DNA from: Blepharisma stoltei ATCC 30299
Taxonomy: Eukaryota > Protista > Ciliophora
DNA: 64,000 bases
Direction: 5' to 3'
NCBI GenBank assembly: GCA_965603825.1
Contig: CBFDEM010000046.1
Coordinates: 1 to 64,000 of the forward strand
Shown here one piece after another: positions 12,401-22,575 of the stretch. Made by a program: the position numbers and the translations under genes. Each line of letters opens with the position of its first letter. Position 1 is the stretch's first letter. The notes beneath the pieces were generated by a model. The model was not told the origin of the DNA. It searched no databases and saw nothing but the letters and a program-made list of their open reading frames with translations.

Positions 12401-15400
12401 ACCTCTACTGTAATAACTGCATCAGCAGATTTTTCAGCTGGAGCTATCACTGTCCTATTCTCGCACGTACTCCCACCTACTTCAGGCTCAACTGCAACCT
12501 GTGTTAGCGCAGTGACAACTCAAGATGCTAACAGTAACTACATTGACTCTGGATCATCACTCACCCAAACTATTAATCTTGCAGCTGCTGGAAGTGCAGG
12601 CACCTCTACAATCACTGCAACCGCATTTCCAAACTTTGTTGGAGCTGCTAGTGTTGACATGTATCTTTCATTCACTCTTTCTAAGCAACTCCCAGCTGGC
12701 AGTGTTATAAGTATTTCACCTGGCGGTGTCGGTTCATGGCTCAAATCTGGAGACATCAAGGACTACTGCTGGTCGAATCTTGCATACTCAGCATGCACTG
12801 TTACAAGCTCAAATGTCCAAGTCACCCTAGTAAACAGCTTATCATCTGGATCAGCAGTCCAACTCTATTTGGACAGCGCCATTACTCTCCCAAGCAGTTC
12901 TGGTGCAACTTCAACTGGCTTCCAAATCTCAGCTACGTGGAGCGACGTGAGTATTATTTCAGACAGCAGTCCAGGAACCGTTTTTACAGTCAATGCAGCT
13001 CCAGCAGGTGCAGTAACACTCACCTCTGTGAAAATTAACAATGTTAATAACGCTGGCGAGGCAGCGAACTATCTCTTCAGCTTCACAAGCAACCAAGCTG
13101 TTGCCAGTGGAGACTACTTCATCATCCAATTCCCAAGAGACTTTGACGCTTACCTTGGAGACGCAGATAACACTTATCCAGACTGCTTCCCTAATGATTG
13201 GTATCTTACCTGCAGCTCTACTGCTCTTGGAAGTGTTGCATGTGCTGCTGACCATTGGTATCTTAAAGTCTCTGGTGTGTCTAAAACAGCAACTGCTTCA
13301 AGTAGCTTAGATCTCACAGTCAATGGAATCAGAAACCCAGATTCTGGAACCACAGGATACTTCAACATTTGGCATTATGGTTCAACTGGAACTGTTAAGG
13401 CCTATGTTAACTCAGCTATTAGCGTGACCACCTTAGACCCAGTAGCAAACTCAGTAACACTTAAACCTGTAACCGTCAGTGGACAATTATTATCTGGATC
13501 ATCCACCTATTCATTCGACTTCTACAGCGCTGGCACCTTCAGCAGTAGTTATTCCTTCGAAATTCGCTTCCCACCACAATTTAACCTTAAACTCGCCAAC
13601 TCAGGAACCACAGCTTGCACAACCAAATACTACGACGACTCAGGAGCTGCAAACACTGACTCAACTGTTGCCGTTGATTGGAGCTCAGGAACTACTTCTT
13701 GCACCGCAGATGTTGTCACTGGAAGAGTGACTCTTGCCATTCCTTCAACTGTCACTAAGACATTTGCATCAACTGACAGAATAAGAATCAATTTAACTGC
13801 TATTAGTAATGCCCAATGGGGACTCAGCAGGTCTGACTCTATGTGGGACAACAAGGACACCTCAGCCTTCGGATCTTTCTCCCAATGGACTAACAGATTT
13901 AGTGTAGCCGCAATCAAAACTACTGACTCCACAATCAGTGCTAAAAGCTATGACATCCTCAATGCAGCTTATCTCGGTCTTAACCCTGTTGCCACTGCTG
14001 TTGCCGTCAACTCATACAACCCAGCAAACGGAAATAACAAGATTCAGCTGACCCCAGGTACCCAAAGCCAAGATATCCAAATCGTAGTAGATCCTTCATG
14101 GCCAATGAAGTCCAAATCATTGAAATTGACTGCAGCTTCAAACTCAAATTATCCTGACAGCGGAAACCTCGAGTTCACTTCAGTTCACCATGGCTACATT
14201 GTTTACCAAATGACCAAGACAATAACTTTCAGAGTTTCAGCAAAAACAGGCACTTCACAAGGACTTTATTATATCAATTGGTCTCCTTCAGAAAGCAGAC
14301 AGCCAGGCGTTTCAAGTGACCTGTACTGTGCCCCATTAAGTGTTTTGGTTGAGGTATGCACACCTTCATCCACCATTACTCCAACAGTTGCAGTAATTCC
14401 AACTCTTTACAAGTCACATAAGAGCATCCCAATTGCAGTAACCCTTGCTAGATCCCCTGCCACAGACATTACTATCACCCCATCTACCACTTCAACTGGA
14501 ATCTCGTTTAACCCAACTTCCCTTAAGTTTACTAAGGATTCTGATGTCAAATACTTTGAAATCACTGTTTCATCAACCTATGATTCCACTCAAGCATCTC
14601 CAGTAATTGCATTCTCCATTTCAGGAACTGATGCAGGCGCTTATGGAGCGATTGCTTCAAGAACAGTTACTGTTTCATCCACAGACTCAACAGCCACACA
14701 GCCGACTATCACCATTCAGCAAGGCACTATCACTGGAAACTCAATTACTCTGACTGTCACTTCTCCACAAAACGGAGTTCTATATTGGGGATTCTCCTGC
14801 AAAGGAACAAGTACTCCTACATTCGCTGAGCTCGTTGCAATGGCTGCAGATCTCGTTTCTCCTACAAATGCAACTTATTCTTACCAGGAATTGAAAGATA
14901 TGGACTACGAAGACACTGAGACAGATATTGACTCGACTAAAGGTGACACTGATATCAACTCTTTCTTCAGAAGAATGCACGCTAAGCATTGTGCTACTTA
15001 TTACACCAATGCCCAGGTCATCTACACTGGCACTTCAGCTCAAGTAGTGCTCGATAACCTTATGGGAGGAACAGACTATGTTTTCACTGCTTATGTTGAT
15101 AACAGACTTATTGAAAGCACTTCAAGCTACACTGCAGTGACCAGCTCATTCAGTACCTCTGCACTCCCAAGTATTACAACTACAAGTGTTTCCTTCTCTG
15201 GATCTGTCGCCCAAAGCAGCAGTGACAACATTAGAAATGTGCTGGCTAAAAACATGGGAGTCAACCCATCATGGCTAACTTTAGCTACTTACACCCCTCC
15301 TACTTCAACAAGATACCTTCAAGATTCAACTGGAACCTCTACTTTCATATACAATGTGCTTTACGACAGAGCCCTCTCAGCAAGCTACCCATCCAATACA

Positions 15401-15919
15401 ATTGCTAATAACCTTGCTGGAACCCAAGCTACATCTGAGTTCGCCAGCTTGTACAGTTACACTACTTCAGCCTATGCCACAGCAACTGCATCAACTGGAA
15501 CCACTCCTTCATGGACTGTAGCTCCAGCCTCTTCTACAGTTGGAGAAACATCTGCTGCTTTCACTGCAACCTCATCCCAAGCAGGCACAATCTATGTTTC
15601 TTGCACTGACGAGACATCAACTTACAACACTTATGCATGGCAAGTAATTGACGGACTCAATGCAAACTCCAACCCTGGCTATGCTACATACGCAAACAGC
15701 ACAGCAGCCACAAGTGCCACTTTAACTGTATCAGGTTTAACTCAAGGAACTCAATATCAATGCTACTTCACTGCTTGCAACAACTACCCACTTTGGCCTT
15801 CTTGCATTGATTATTCAACAAGCAGCTCATTGGTGTCAGTAACAATCAAAACTTTAACTACTGACGATGGCGCAGCAATGCTAAGCTTGTTGGCAGCTTT
15901 CTTCTTAATCTTTAACTAA
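9446..15919 (+). CDS. Giant (2157 aa) Ser/Thr/Ala-rich secreted, probably GPI-anchored surface protein with beta-sandwich (Ig/FN3-like) modules
   Basis: ATG at 9446 (the track's TTG at 9428 is not used). N-terminal signal peptide MKSLISFIALIGLASC, no internal TM segment, C-terminal small-residue plus hydrophobic tail DDGAAMLSLLAAFFLIFN. No intron is needed. Confidence 0.9.
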   Translation: MKSLISFIALIGLASCVSIGSKDSTLDPGRIVWPKETWVSSPIELGRANSGLTATITFNFRPSTALTSGYVEIILPSGLSGTLTATKTLSANTDTSASFPLVLPSGAAVYGPFGILTRTSSSGQIIDANYVFGCIATTASVTSSSTLTVTTVSGATSPVISTTDGIYFAFSLTQSFWRHDLIEIIPDSDWSFASSSVSCSSSDVTSVTNQLYGYDGTHNLPCALATSSSDTIGPQYTSTGSKSVYIYGVDKDVIIASSLSIKLKVSTFTLPGFVKSSSANTWTVKIWRFGTNNLLAKYSGSGPVTTAVGAVTVSSWKSKSGIDESIVPASTTLFSTVTFTNAHAIPNGGSAVITFTSVDISKDWWADVDATDTSGAKCFMSSSISATCANTDSTKVTISFTAALAASSSVSVTLLTALSSGAKISSIVTYYTGTTQIDALASSYSWPLSSTNKALGHFSYHAYADASNNYPDIGDASPTVTAGYLLGADKTSDLYWEILPNANVNWAIGTSISVNLPISSSLSYTSSYIAGDATVYDLVDPFTSAAALSTTTTGRTYSQSGNVITVSFTAAPTASNYLVFGYSGNSALPYVRSNLATFYECWAKATTSTTIEVGNSVFSVLDTDYANAGILTAPLCLSTVGAIPLMTTFIAKLMAMDFSSSTNVFTLEVTIAGGADLGTGLADKSDLPCDATVDGVTCTLTKINSGADSLITIKGLGTLAKDDSVSIYIAKGAIAASTSLTPTTAVYYQTSADSNIKNYLFTSKKASAYTTAAAVALTAATSTTTWTIGSSQTLAITGADVNANTATGTYIGIGLPAGFTLSGSAITAATKAPTKTYMATMSDKYSVGGFIMGIDDGDYGLSTGGSAMSITNIVAPGYAGATNGSNSIHFNVFVAANVGAACTASDISKITGNTISVGAITDVSCSSSASSLRGPDSVDSTMTVIVTVPDAVPKNGIVTLTMDTNWSYSSASCTVTGMTGTCVAGTSTVITASADFSAGAITVLFSHVLPPTSGSTATCVSAVTTQDANSNYIDSGSSLTQTINLAAAGSAGTSTITATAFPNFVGAASVDMYLSFTLSKQLPAGSVISISPGGVGSWLKSGDIKDYCWSNLAYSACTVTSSNVQVTLVNSLSSGSAVQLYLDSAITLPSSSGATSTGFQISATWSDVSIISDSSPGTVFTVNAAPAGAVTLTSVKINNVNNAGEAANYLFSFTSNQAVASGDYFIIQFPRDFDAYLGDADNTYPDCFPNDWYLTCSSTALGSVACAADHWYLKVSGVSKTATASSSLDLTVNGIRNPDSGTTGYFNIWHYGSTGTVKAYVNSAISVTTLDPVANSVTLKPVTVSGQLLSGSSTYSFDFYSAGTFSSSYSFEIRFPPQFNLKLANSGTTACTTKYYDDSGAANTDSTVAVDWSSGTTSCTADVVTGRVTLAIPSTVTKTFASTDRIRINLTAISNAQWGLSRSDSMWDNKDTSAFGSFSQWTNRFSVAAIKTTDSTISAKSYDILNAAYLGLNPVATAVAVNSYNPANGNNKIQLTPGTQSQDIQIVVDPSWPMKSKSLKLTAASNSNYPDSGNLEFTSVHHGYIVYQMTKTITFRVSAKTGTSQGLYYINWSPSESRQPGVSSDLYCAPLSVLVEVCTPSSTITPTVAVIPTLYKSHKSIPIAVTLARSPATDITITPSTTSTGISFNPTSLKFTKDSDVKYFEITVSSTYDSTQASPVIAFSISGTDAGAYGAIASRTVTVSSTDSTATQPTITIQQGTITGNSITLTVTSPQNGVLYWGFSCKGTSTPTFAELVAMAADLVSPTNATYSYQELKDMDYEDTETDIDSTKGDTDINSFFRRMHAKHCATYYTNAQVIYTGTSAQVVLDNLMGGTDYVFTAYVDNRLIESTSSYTAVTSSFSTSALPSITTTSVSFSGSVAQSSSDNIRNVLAKNMGVNPSWLTLATYTPPTSTRYLQDSTGTSTFIYNVLYDRALSASYPSNTIANNLAGTQATSEFASLYSYTTSAYATATASTGTTPSWTVAPASSTVGETSAAFTATSSQAGTIYVSCTDETSTYNTYAWQVIDGLNANSNPGYATYANSTAATSATLTVSGLTQGTQYQCYFTACNNYPLWPSCIDYSTSSSLVSVTIKTLTTDDGAAMLSLLAAFFLIFN

Positions 15920-16309
15920 GCCCTTTTCTTTAAAATTTCTTATTTAAAATAGCATTTTTACTCAATATTTAAATAAAGTATTCGTTTTTTTTGACGAGCA
16001 ACTAACTTCTTATTTTATTTTCTTAAAGTATTTTATAGGATATTGATGAGTCTAAGTCTCGAATGCCAATTTTGTATGAGTCAAAATTTTTGAATTTATT
16101 TGTTTTTTAATTCGAATTATTGCTTGCGCTTTATTCTTGATTTAATATTTTGAAGTGCTTTAATACTTTTTAGAATCATATGGGCATTATTTTATAGCAT
16201 CTTGGCATTTAGCAAGTTGTTCATAATGGCTTCCACAATCAATCGCAAGTGTCCGAAAATAGTCTAAGAGCATTTATTTCTAAATATTCAATCTATTACA
16301 GCATATTAA

Positions 16310-16738
16310 TTAACTACTTCTTAAATTACTGAAAAATGGTTTAAGTAAAGGATGAGCATATTGAAGATGCAAATGAGCATAGCAGCGCTTAGAAAATTTC
16401 AAGCCACACAATCTGCACCTTTTTTCAAATCTATTAATTACATTCAGGAGCTTATTTGATACAATTATTTCTTCTATGTGCTTTACTAAATTATGCAAAT
16501 AATACTCCTCTCTGTGCAAGAATCTCACCGAGCAATATGAGCACCTTGGGTGGTCCGTTCTAAGATGATAGGAAAGCCTTTTAGTGGATTTCTCAGTTTT
16601 TGAGCAAATCGGGCAGACTGGAGTGAAATTGTGGAACTTCGCCATGTGGGCTCTTGCTTGCTTGAACCCTTCGAAGTGAAAGTTGCATTGTGGGCAGTTC
16701 CCTTCATAATTCTCATCAATTGACTGTGGGCCGTCCAT
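16310..16738 (-). CDS. C2H2 zinc-finger protein (4 fingers), 142 aa
   Basis: CPQC..H..H, CPIC..H..H, CSYC..H..H and CRLC..H..H spacing; TAA stop. Confidence 0.85.
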   Translation of the reverse strand: MDGPQSIDENYEGNCPQCNFHFEGFKQARAHMAKFHNFTPVCPICSKTEKSTKRLSYHLRTDHPRCSYCSVRFLHREEYYLHNLVKHIEEIIVSNKLLNVINRFEKRCRLCGLKFSKRCYAHLHLQYAHPLLKPFFSNLRSS

Positions 16739-16818
16739 ATATTTATAGCCCCTTTAGCTATTTCAATGCATTTTTAAATTAAACAAATTACAATAAAAAT
16801 TCAGCTAATGTTATCATA

Positions 16819-18805
16819 TTAAAATCCTTGAATAATTGCTTTCTTCAAGGGATATAAAAGTCCTTTAGCTTTCATCTTGATCAAGCGTGCCCTTTTCAGA
16901 TGTTTGCATTCCCCTATGCATTTTCTGTTATCATGCCCAGCCATGGCCCGAATATATTCCATTCTCAAGTGTGGCGGAATTGACTCTAAATCTGGGTATT
17001 TTTTTAACACTCATACAGCAATGTTTCCGTCCTTATCAAAATACTCTTGTTCGTTTTCTTCCAAAAGGTTCTTTTTATTGGAAATTCTTTGAGATTTATT
17101 CTTCCCTCCTAGAGGAATTGCGGATTGTTTTTCAGTTGATTTTTCGTTTTCAAAACCGTTTGAAAAAGAGCTGTTGCAATGGTCATGGTCATTATTGTTG
17201 CTTGGGCTCAAAAAGGATGATAAGAAGCTTTTGCGTCGCTTTTGGTCTGATGAGTTGGCTATATCTAAAGCAGACTTTAAGTTAGGATCTAGCATGGCTT
17301 GCTGATTAGTTTGTCCTGGAATTTGTAGTGTGTTCCCATCATGAGGATTTTTCATTTTTGATGATCCATTTCACCCATATGATGGCGTGTCTTCTGGACT
17401 TCTCCTTCTCGAGCTTGTTCCAGAGGGGATTTTTTTGAGTATTGATTTATTTGGCTCCATCAGCTCAACTGTATAATCGATTTTTTTTAGATTATATTTC
17501 CTTATAAGAGACTCTTCATCAATATTTTTATATTCAAAACTGGCCCCACCATGCTCCTGTCTTCACTGCTGCTCTATCTGTGACAGCTTTTCTTGAGCAA
17601 CAATTCCGCTTAGCTTAGCTAAATATAGCTCATTTCCTAAGGCTTTCAATTTTTCATTTGCTTGCTCAAATCCCTGTTTAAACTTTTCACTTTCTTCAAG
17701 TTTCCTATACAAGTTTCCCAGCTCAGCTTTATTTTTCCTTTCTTTGTCTTCAATTTCCACAATTTTCTCCTTATATTTGGCTATTGAAGCTTTGGATTGC
17801 TCCAACTGGAGCTGCAAGTCTTCCGTATTCGCTTTAAACAAGTTTATCTGCTGCTTATAATTTAAAATTTTGAGCTCTTTTTCTTTCAATAAATTTGTCA
17901 ATGCATCATACTCATTTAAATCCACGAATTTTATATCAGTCTGCAAAAACTTATCGATCTTTGACCTATTAAAATTTACTTTTCGATTCAGATGTGTGCT
18001 GATTTCGTTTTGGATGACTTTTATGCCCTGCTCAATGTCTTGTACGTAGTGAACAATATTTATATCCAAAATATCAGGGGTTTCGGAAGGACTTGGAACA
18101 TCAGTCAGCATCAAGCATAACGAGTCATGCAAATCATTGAGTTTCTGTGATAAAACCCCTTGAGAAATTTTCTGGAATCGGTTAGCAAGTCGCTTAAACA
18201 CTTCAAGCTCCAAACTTGGCTCTTCTTTAACTGGAAGAATGATACTTGGGGTTCTCTCTATTGCTAATTCATATGTTTGGGTCAGCTGCTCCCTGGTTCG
18301 CTTTTTAGGAATAATTTCTGGCTTAGGGGCTTCAGACCTATTGATGATTTTTTTATAAGCCCTTGTCAGCCCAACTAAACCTCGGACCAGGGTGTTTCCA
18401 ATTCTAGCGTCCTGTTGTTTAAGTAAAATTGACAATCCTTCTAGGTAGTTTTTATAAGCTGAGAATTCTTTTAGGCCGGTTTCTGGGTCATTTCGATCCA
18501 GAAAGTTATAAGTTTTGAGTTCGATTTCTTGCTTATCCAGCTCTTCTTCAAGCCTTTTTAATTCGTCTCTTTGGAAAGATGGGTTTTGAGGTTTCTGGAG
18601 ATTGAATGAAAAAGAATGGGACGCTGAATTTTCAAGAGAATTTTCAAAGCTGTCTTTTGAAATATGGTTTATTCTGAATTTAATCTTACATTGAGCTTTT
18701 ATGGCTGCTGCTTTGTCGGGTAGATCTAGCTGTTAGCGAGTGATTTATTGCTTTTGGGGGAGAAATGCTTGTTCTTATGTTTATACTTGGAAGTGCTTTT
18801 TTCAT
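16819..18805 (-). CDS. Coiled-coil protein, ~656 aa, with a C-terminal Cys/His motif; 1 intron, 3 in-frame TGA(Trp)
   Basis: ATG at 18805 and a 16-nt intron at 18674-18689. Track ORFs 17563-18435, 17011-17355 and 16819-17010 are in one frame, separated only by TGA. C-terminus contains GHDNRKCIGECKHLKR. Confidence 0.8.
18674..18689 (-). other. 16-nt intron GTAAGATTAAATTCAG
   Basis: GT...AG with A at -6; removal joins the ATG 18805 exon in frame to the long ORF. Confidence 0.8.
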
Positions 18806-19100
18806 AATAATAAAATTTAATTATGAAAAACAGAGTCTGCTTCATTTGCTTAAATAATATAAAGTAAATTTAACTTTAAATATATAATAAGAATGGGAAT
18901 ACTAATATAAAAAGGTCAATAAACTTTTAAAATAATTTAGATTTGGATAATTTTTATTTTTACTTTGCCAAAGAATATTTTGAATACCACCAAATAAATA
19001 GACTTTTGTGAATAACTATTTCGCAAGCTGCTTATTTAATTTTAATCTAAAAACTTTAATGATCACTATTAATGTTTAAATCATATAATATCACCATAAT

Positions 19101-22100
19101 ATGAGTTGCTTGACAAAAAGTCTCTCAAGATTCCAGGTTCTTTTTATAGCTCTACTTTCGTTAACCATACTATTTTGGCTTCTTGTTGCTTATGTTGACA
19201 TACAGAGCTTTTTAACTCTAGAAGCCGATGATACCGAAATGTTGGGTGAGCTTAACAAGCCTAATTCGTTTCTGAATAAGACAGAAAGAGAACATAATTA
19301 TAAGCCTAATTTCAAAGAAAAACAAGGAGATGAAAAAAATTACACCAGTCCAGATGAGAAAAATCACCTTAGTGATAGCAATTTCAAAAGGGACTCTGAC
19401 ACAATTTATGATCAGAAATCCGAAGCAAACTTAAACGAAACAGCAGTAATAGATTCAGATTTAAGCCAAATTGACTCTAAAAACAAAAATCTTGGCCCAA
19501 ATAATGATAAAGTCAGTCAATCCAATTATGAAGGAAATCCTCTTATTGGCCAACTTAATAATTCAGGGTTATCAGATATTCCAAAAAATTATTCTGCTGG
19601 GTCAGGGGAAGAGCAAAATCCTATTCTTGATAAAGATAATTTTTTAAATTCTGACCAATTTATTGCAAGTGAAACTGAAAATTTTGACCCTCTTAGTGCT
19701 CATAAAAAAGATTCTAGCAATAAAAATATTTCTTTAGAAATCGACTATGAAATCATTAATAAAGAGCCTGATAACACTATTTCTGATGGACTATCAGAAA
19801 TGAATCATTCGGACTCCAATGTTACTCAAAAAGAAAAAGACTTAAAAGATTTAAAAAGCTATTCTGTTGAAATTTCATCAGAATATTTAACACCTAGCCT
19901 TAAAATCAAAAATCCAAATATCCAATGCGTTCCATCTATTTATGGCTACACAAGAGATCAAGCAAAATCTAGATTCCCATATGGTAGTAAAAGATCGTTT
20001 GGCTGCGGAGAAAATTTCAGCACTTTTACGCTGAAAGACAATTTCCTCTATTTCAACTGCAGCCCAGGACAATACAATCTAGGGAATGCTCCTGAAAATG
20101 AGCTTCTTGGAAATGTCCCATTTATTCAAACGTGAGTCCACTACACAACTCCTGTGAACTTAGGAAAGATCGAATTTGGCTTTACAAAATGCCAGGAAAC
20201 CAAAAAACAAGCATTTCTCCACAACAAATTATCAGATTATGCTTCAAATAGGGCTCAAGAAAAGCGAAAATCCATAGAAAATAGCTTAAATCTAACATCG
20301 TCAAAGCCTTTAACAGTCTTAACAGTGGTATTTGACTCAGTATCCAGGCAGCACTTCTATCGCATACTAACCAAAACAGTAGATTTTATGAATCAAAATA
20401 TAGCAAAGGGGAATTTTTCAGAAAAATTCGCTATATATGATTTTCAAATTGAGCATGCCAGCGGGGAAAACACTTTGCCAAACATTGTCCCTTTGCTTCT
20501 TGGAAATTCATATGATGATCATAAGGCAAAAGTGAAGGGTTTTACCTTGACAACTCAAGCTCAAGAGAGTTGGCTAAGAGTTCAAGAAGAAGATGCGCTT
20601 TGAAAACACTATGAAAGACAAGGCTTTGTGACTATGTTTGGTTGGGAAACCAAATGGGATTATTTATCATTTATGGTCGGTAGAAAAGTTTTTGCTGACC
20701 ACGTTGTAAGTAGCCTTTATAACGCTGCATGGACCCAAGTCGGCTTTTGTGACGTCTGCGATGGAGCCCGGTGCATCGGTAACCAATATTCCCATCAGTT
20801 TCTATTTAACTATACCAAAGAATTTATTAGAAACTACAAAGACCATAACAAATATTCATACATACATTTTTCACATGGCCACGAATGGACTGGCTCTGTA
20901 ATTCGGTCAATTGATGAGGACTTTGTAGCTTTTATTAAGGATGTGCTAGAATATTACGCAAATAATCACGAGGACTTAGTGTTAGTTCTGGCGTCCGACC
21001 ATGGGATCCACTTAGGATCGTGAGACTCTATTGAAGAAGGAAGGATTGAGAATTTGCTGCCTTACTCTTTTGTGATAACCAATAAAGAAATTTTGGAAAA
21101 AATAGGAAAAGATACCCATGAAATTTTGAGTCACAATACCCAGCATATTACAAGTAAATTCGATATGCATTTGACGTTAAAATATATGGCGAATGTCCCA
21201 TATGAGATTATTGAAAAGGACTCGCCGAAATATATCGAACTGAAAAACAATAAGCCTAAGCTGAAAACAGCTGTCTCCTTATTTGTGGAGAAAATTGATG
21301 ATAATCGTAATTGCGAAGATATAGGAAATCCTGTTTATTGGTGTACGTGCTTGAAATATGAGGAAAAGAAAGTTGATGGGCTGGAAGATCTAATTATTCA
21401 TATAGGAAATCAAGCTGCTTATGAGATTAATGGACGAATTAAAAGAGAATACATGCAAAAATATTGCATCTCTCCAATGGAATTCGAAAAGGCCATTTCT
21501 GTTGAGCATACTCCTATAAAAGGAGTTTCTGAGCCTGATACTGGACTCTATAAAATAAAATACCCTGTGAAAGACCATCCAGACTACTTTTTTTCTGTGC
21601 AGGCTGTCGCAGTCCCTGAAAAAGTATTTTATAAATTCGAAAAGAAGAATGTAGAAAATGACTGATTTCCTATCTCCTTTATCTCTACAAATGGACAACA
21701 ATATAAAGTCCAAGTGCAATATATAGCCAGAATTAACGAGAAAAACGACATCTGCATGGAAATGGAAGCGTCAATTGGCGGAAAAATTTCTTTTTGTGTT
21801 TGTCAGAAGCCAAAAGACTATAAATTTACCCCAGATCTGGAGGAAAGCCAAACCAAATTGTATGAAAAACTTGTTGATTCAGTTTCAGTTGTGGTTGGAA
21901 AAAACAAAGCCTCCTGCACAGAAGCATGCAGAGATGAGAATAAGTTGTGCCTTGAATGGGGGTTACAAATTGTAAATCAGTATCTGTTGCTAATGCAGCC
22001 ATGGAAAGACAAAAACACTTTTAATGTTGTGATAGAGAAAAGGTCTATTGATTTCAAAAGTATAAAAATTGAGAAGTTTGAACATGGAGAAGTCCCAGGG

Positions 22101-22226
22101 CTGAAGCACCAAAATAATACTTTTACCTTTGTCCAAGCTGATTGAAATATATTGAGATGTGATTCTAGAGCGGAAGATGTTCAGCCAATATGTTCATGCT
22201 TGAAGTATCCTATAGAAATAGATTAG
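19101..22226 (+). CDS. DUF229-type (alkaline phosphatase/sulfatase superfamily) type II membrane protein, paralogue 1, 1041 aa
   Basis: Five track ORFs in one frame joined by 5 TGA codons. N-terminal TM, Asn/Ser/Asp-rich stem, motifs FDSVSRQHFYR, HGHE, SDHG, TSKFDMH and C-x3-G-x4-WCxC. TAG at 22224-22226. Confidence 0.85.
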
Positions 22227-22575
22227 TAATCGCTTTAAAAAGTTTTATTCATTTGATATTTAGTTTTCGCGCTTTCTTTTTATTAAGCCACGCAAGTAAT
22301 TTTAGCCCGTTAGAAAATATTATGTGAAATTATTTGGCATAATAAATGCAAGTATGTAAATGGGTGAATATAATAATGCTTATTTTTAGTGATTTAAGCA
22401 TTACTAAGCATTTAATTTTTGTCATAATATCAGCTGGATTGCCAGGTATCTAAAGGATTTTTATAATTGTTTTCAATTGCAAATTTCTTTATAAAAATAC
22501 TGTTTATTTATATTATCAGAATCCTAAAAAATAGTTCATTAATTTTGGAGATTTTCAGAACTATGGTAATTAATT

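Noticed and set aside
9657-14989. Many short ORFs nested in or antisense to the giant gene
   Set aside because: Shadow frames produced by biased Ser/Thr/Ala codon usage; no motifs.
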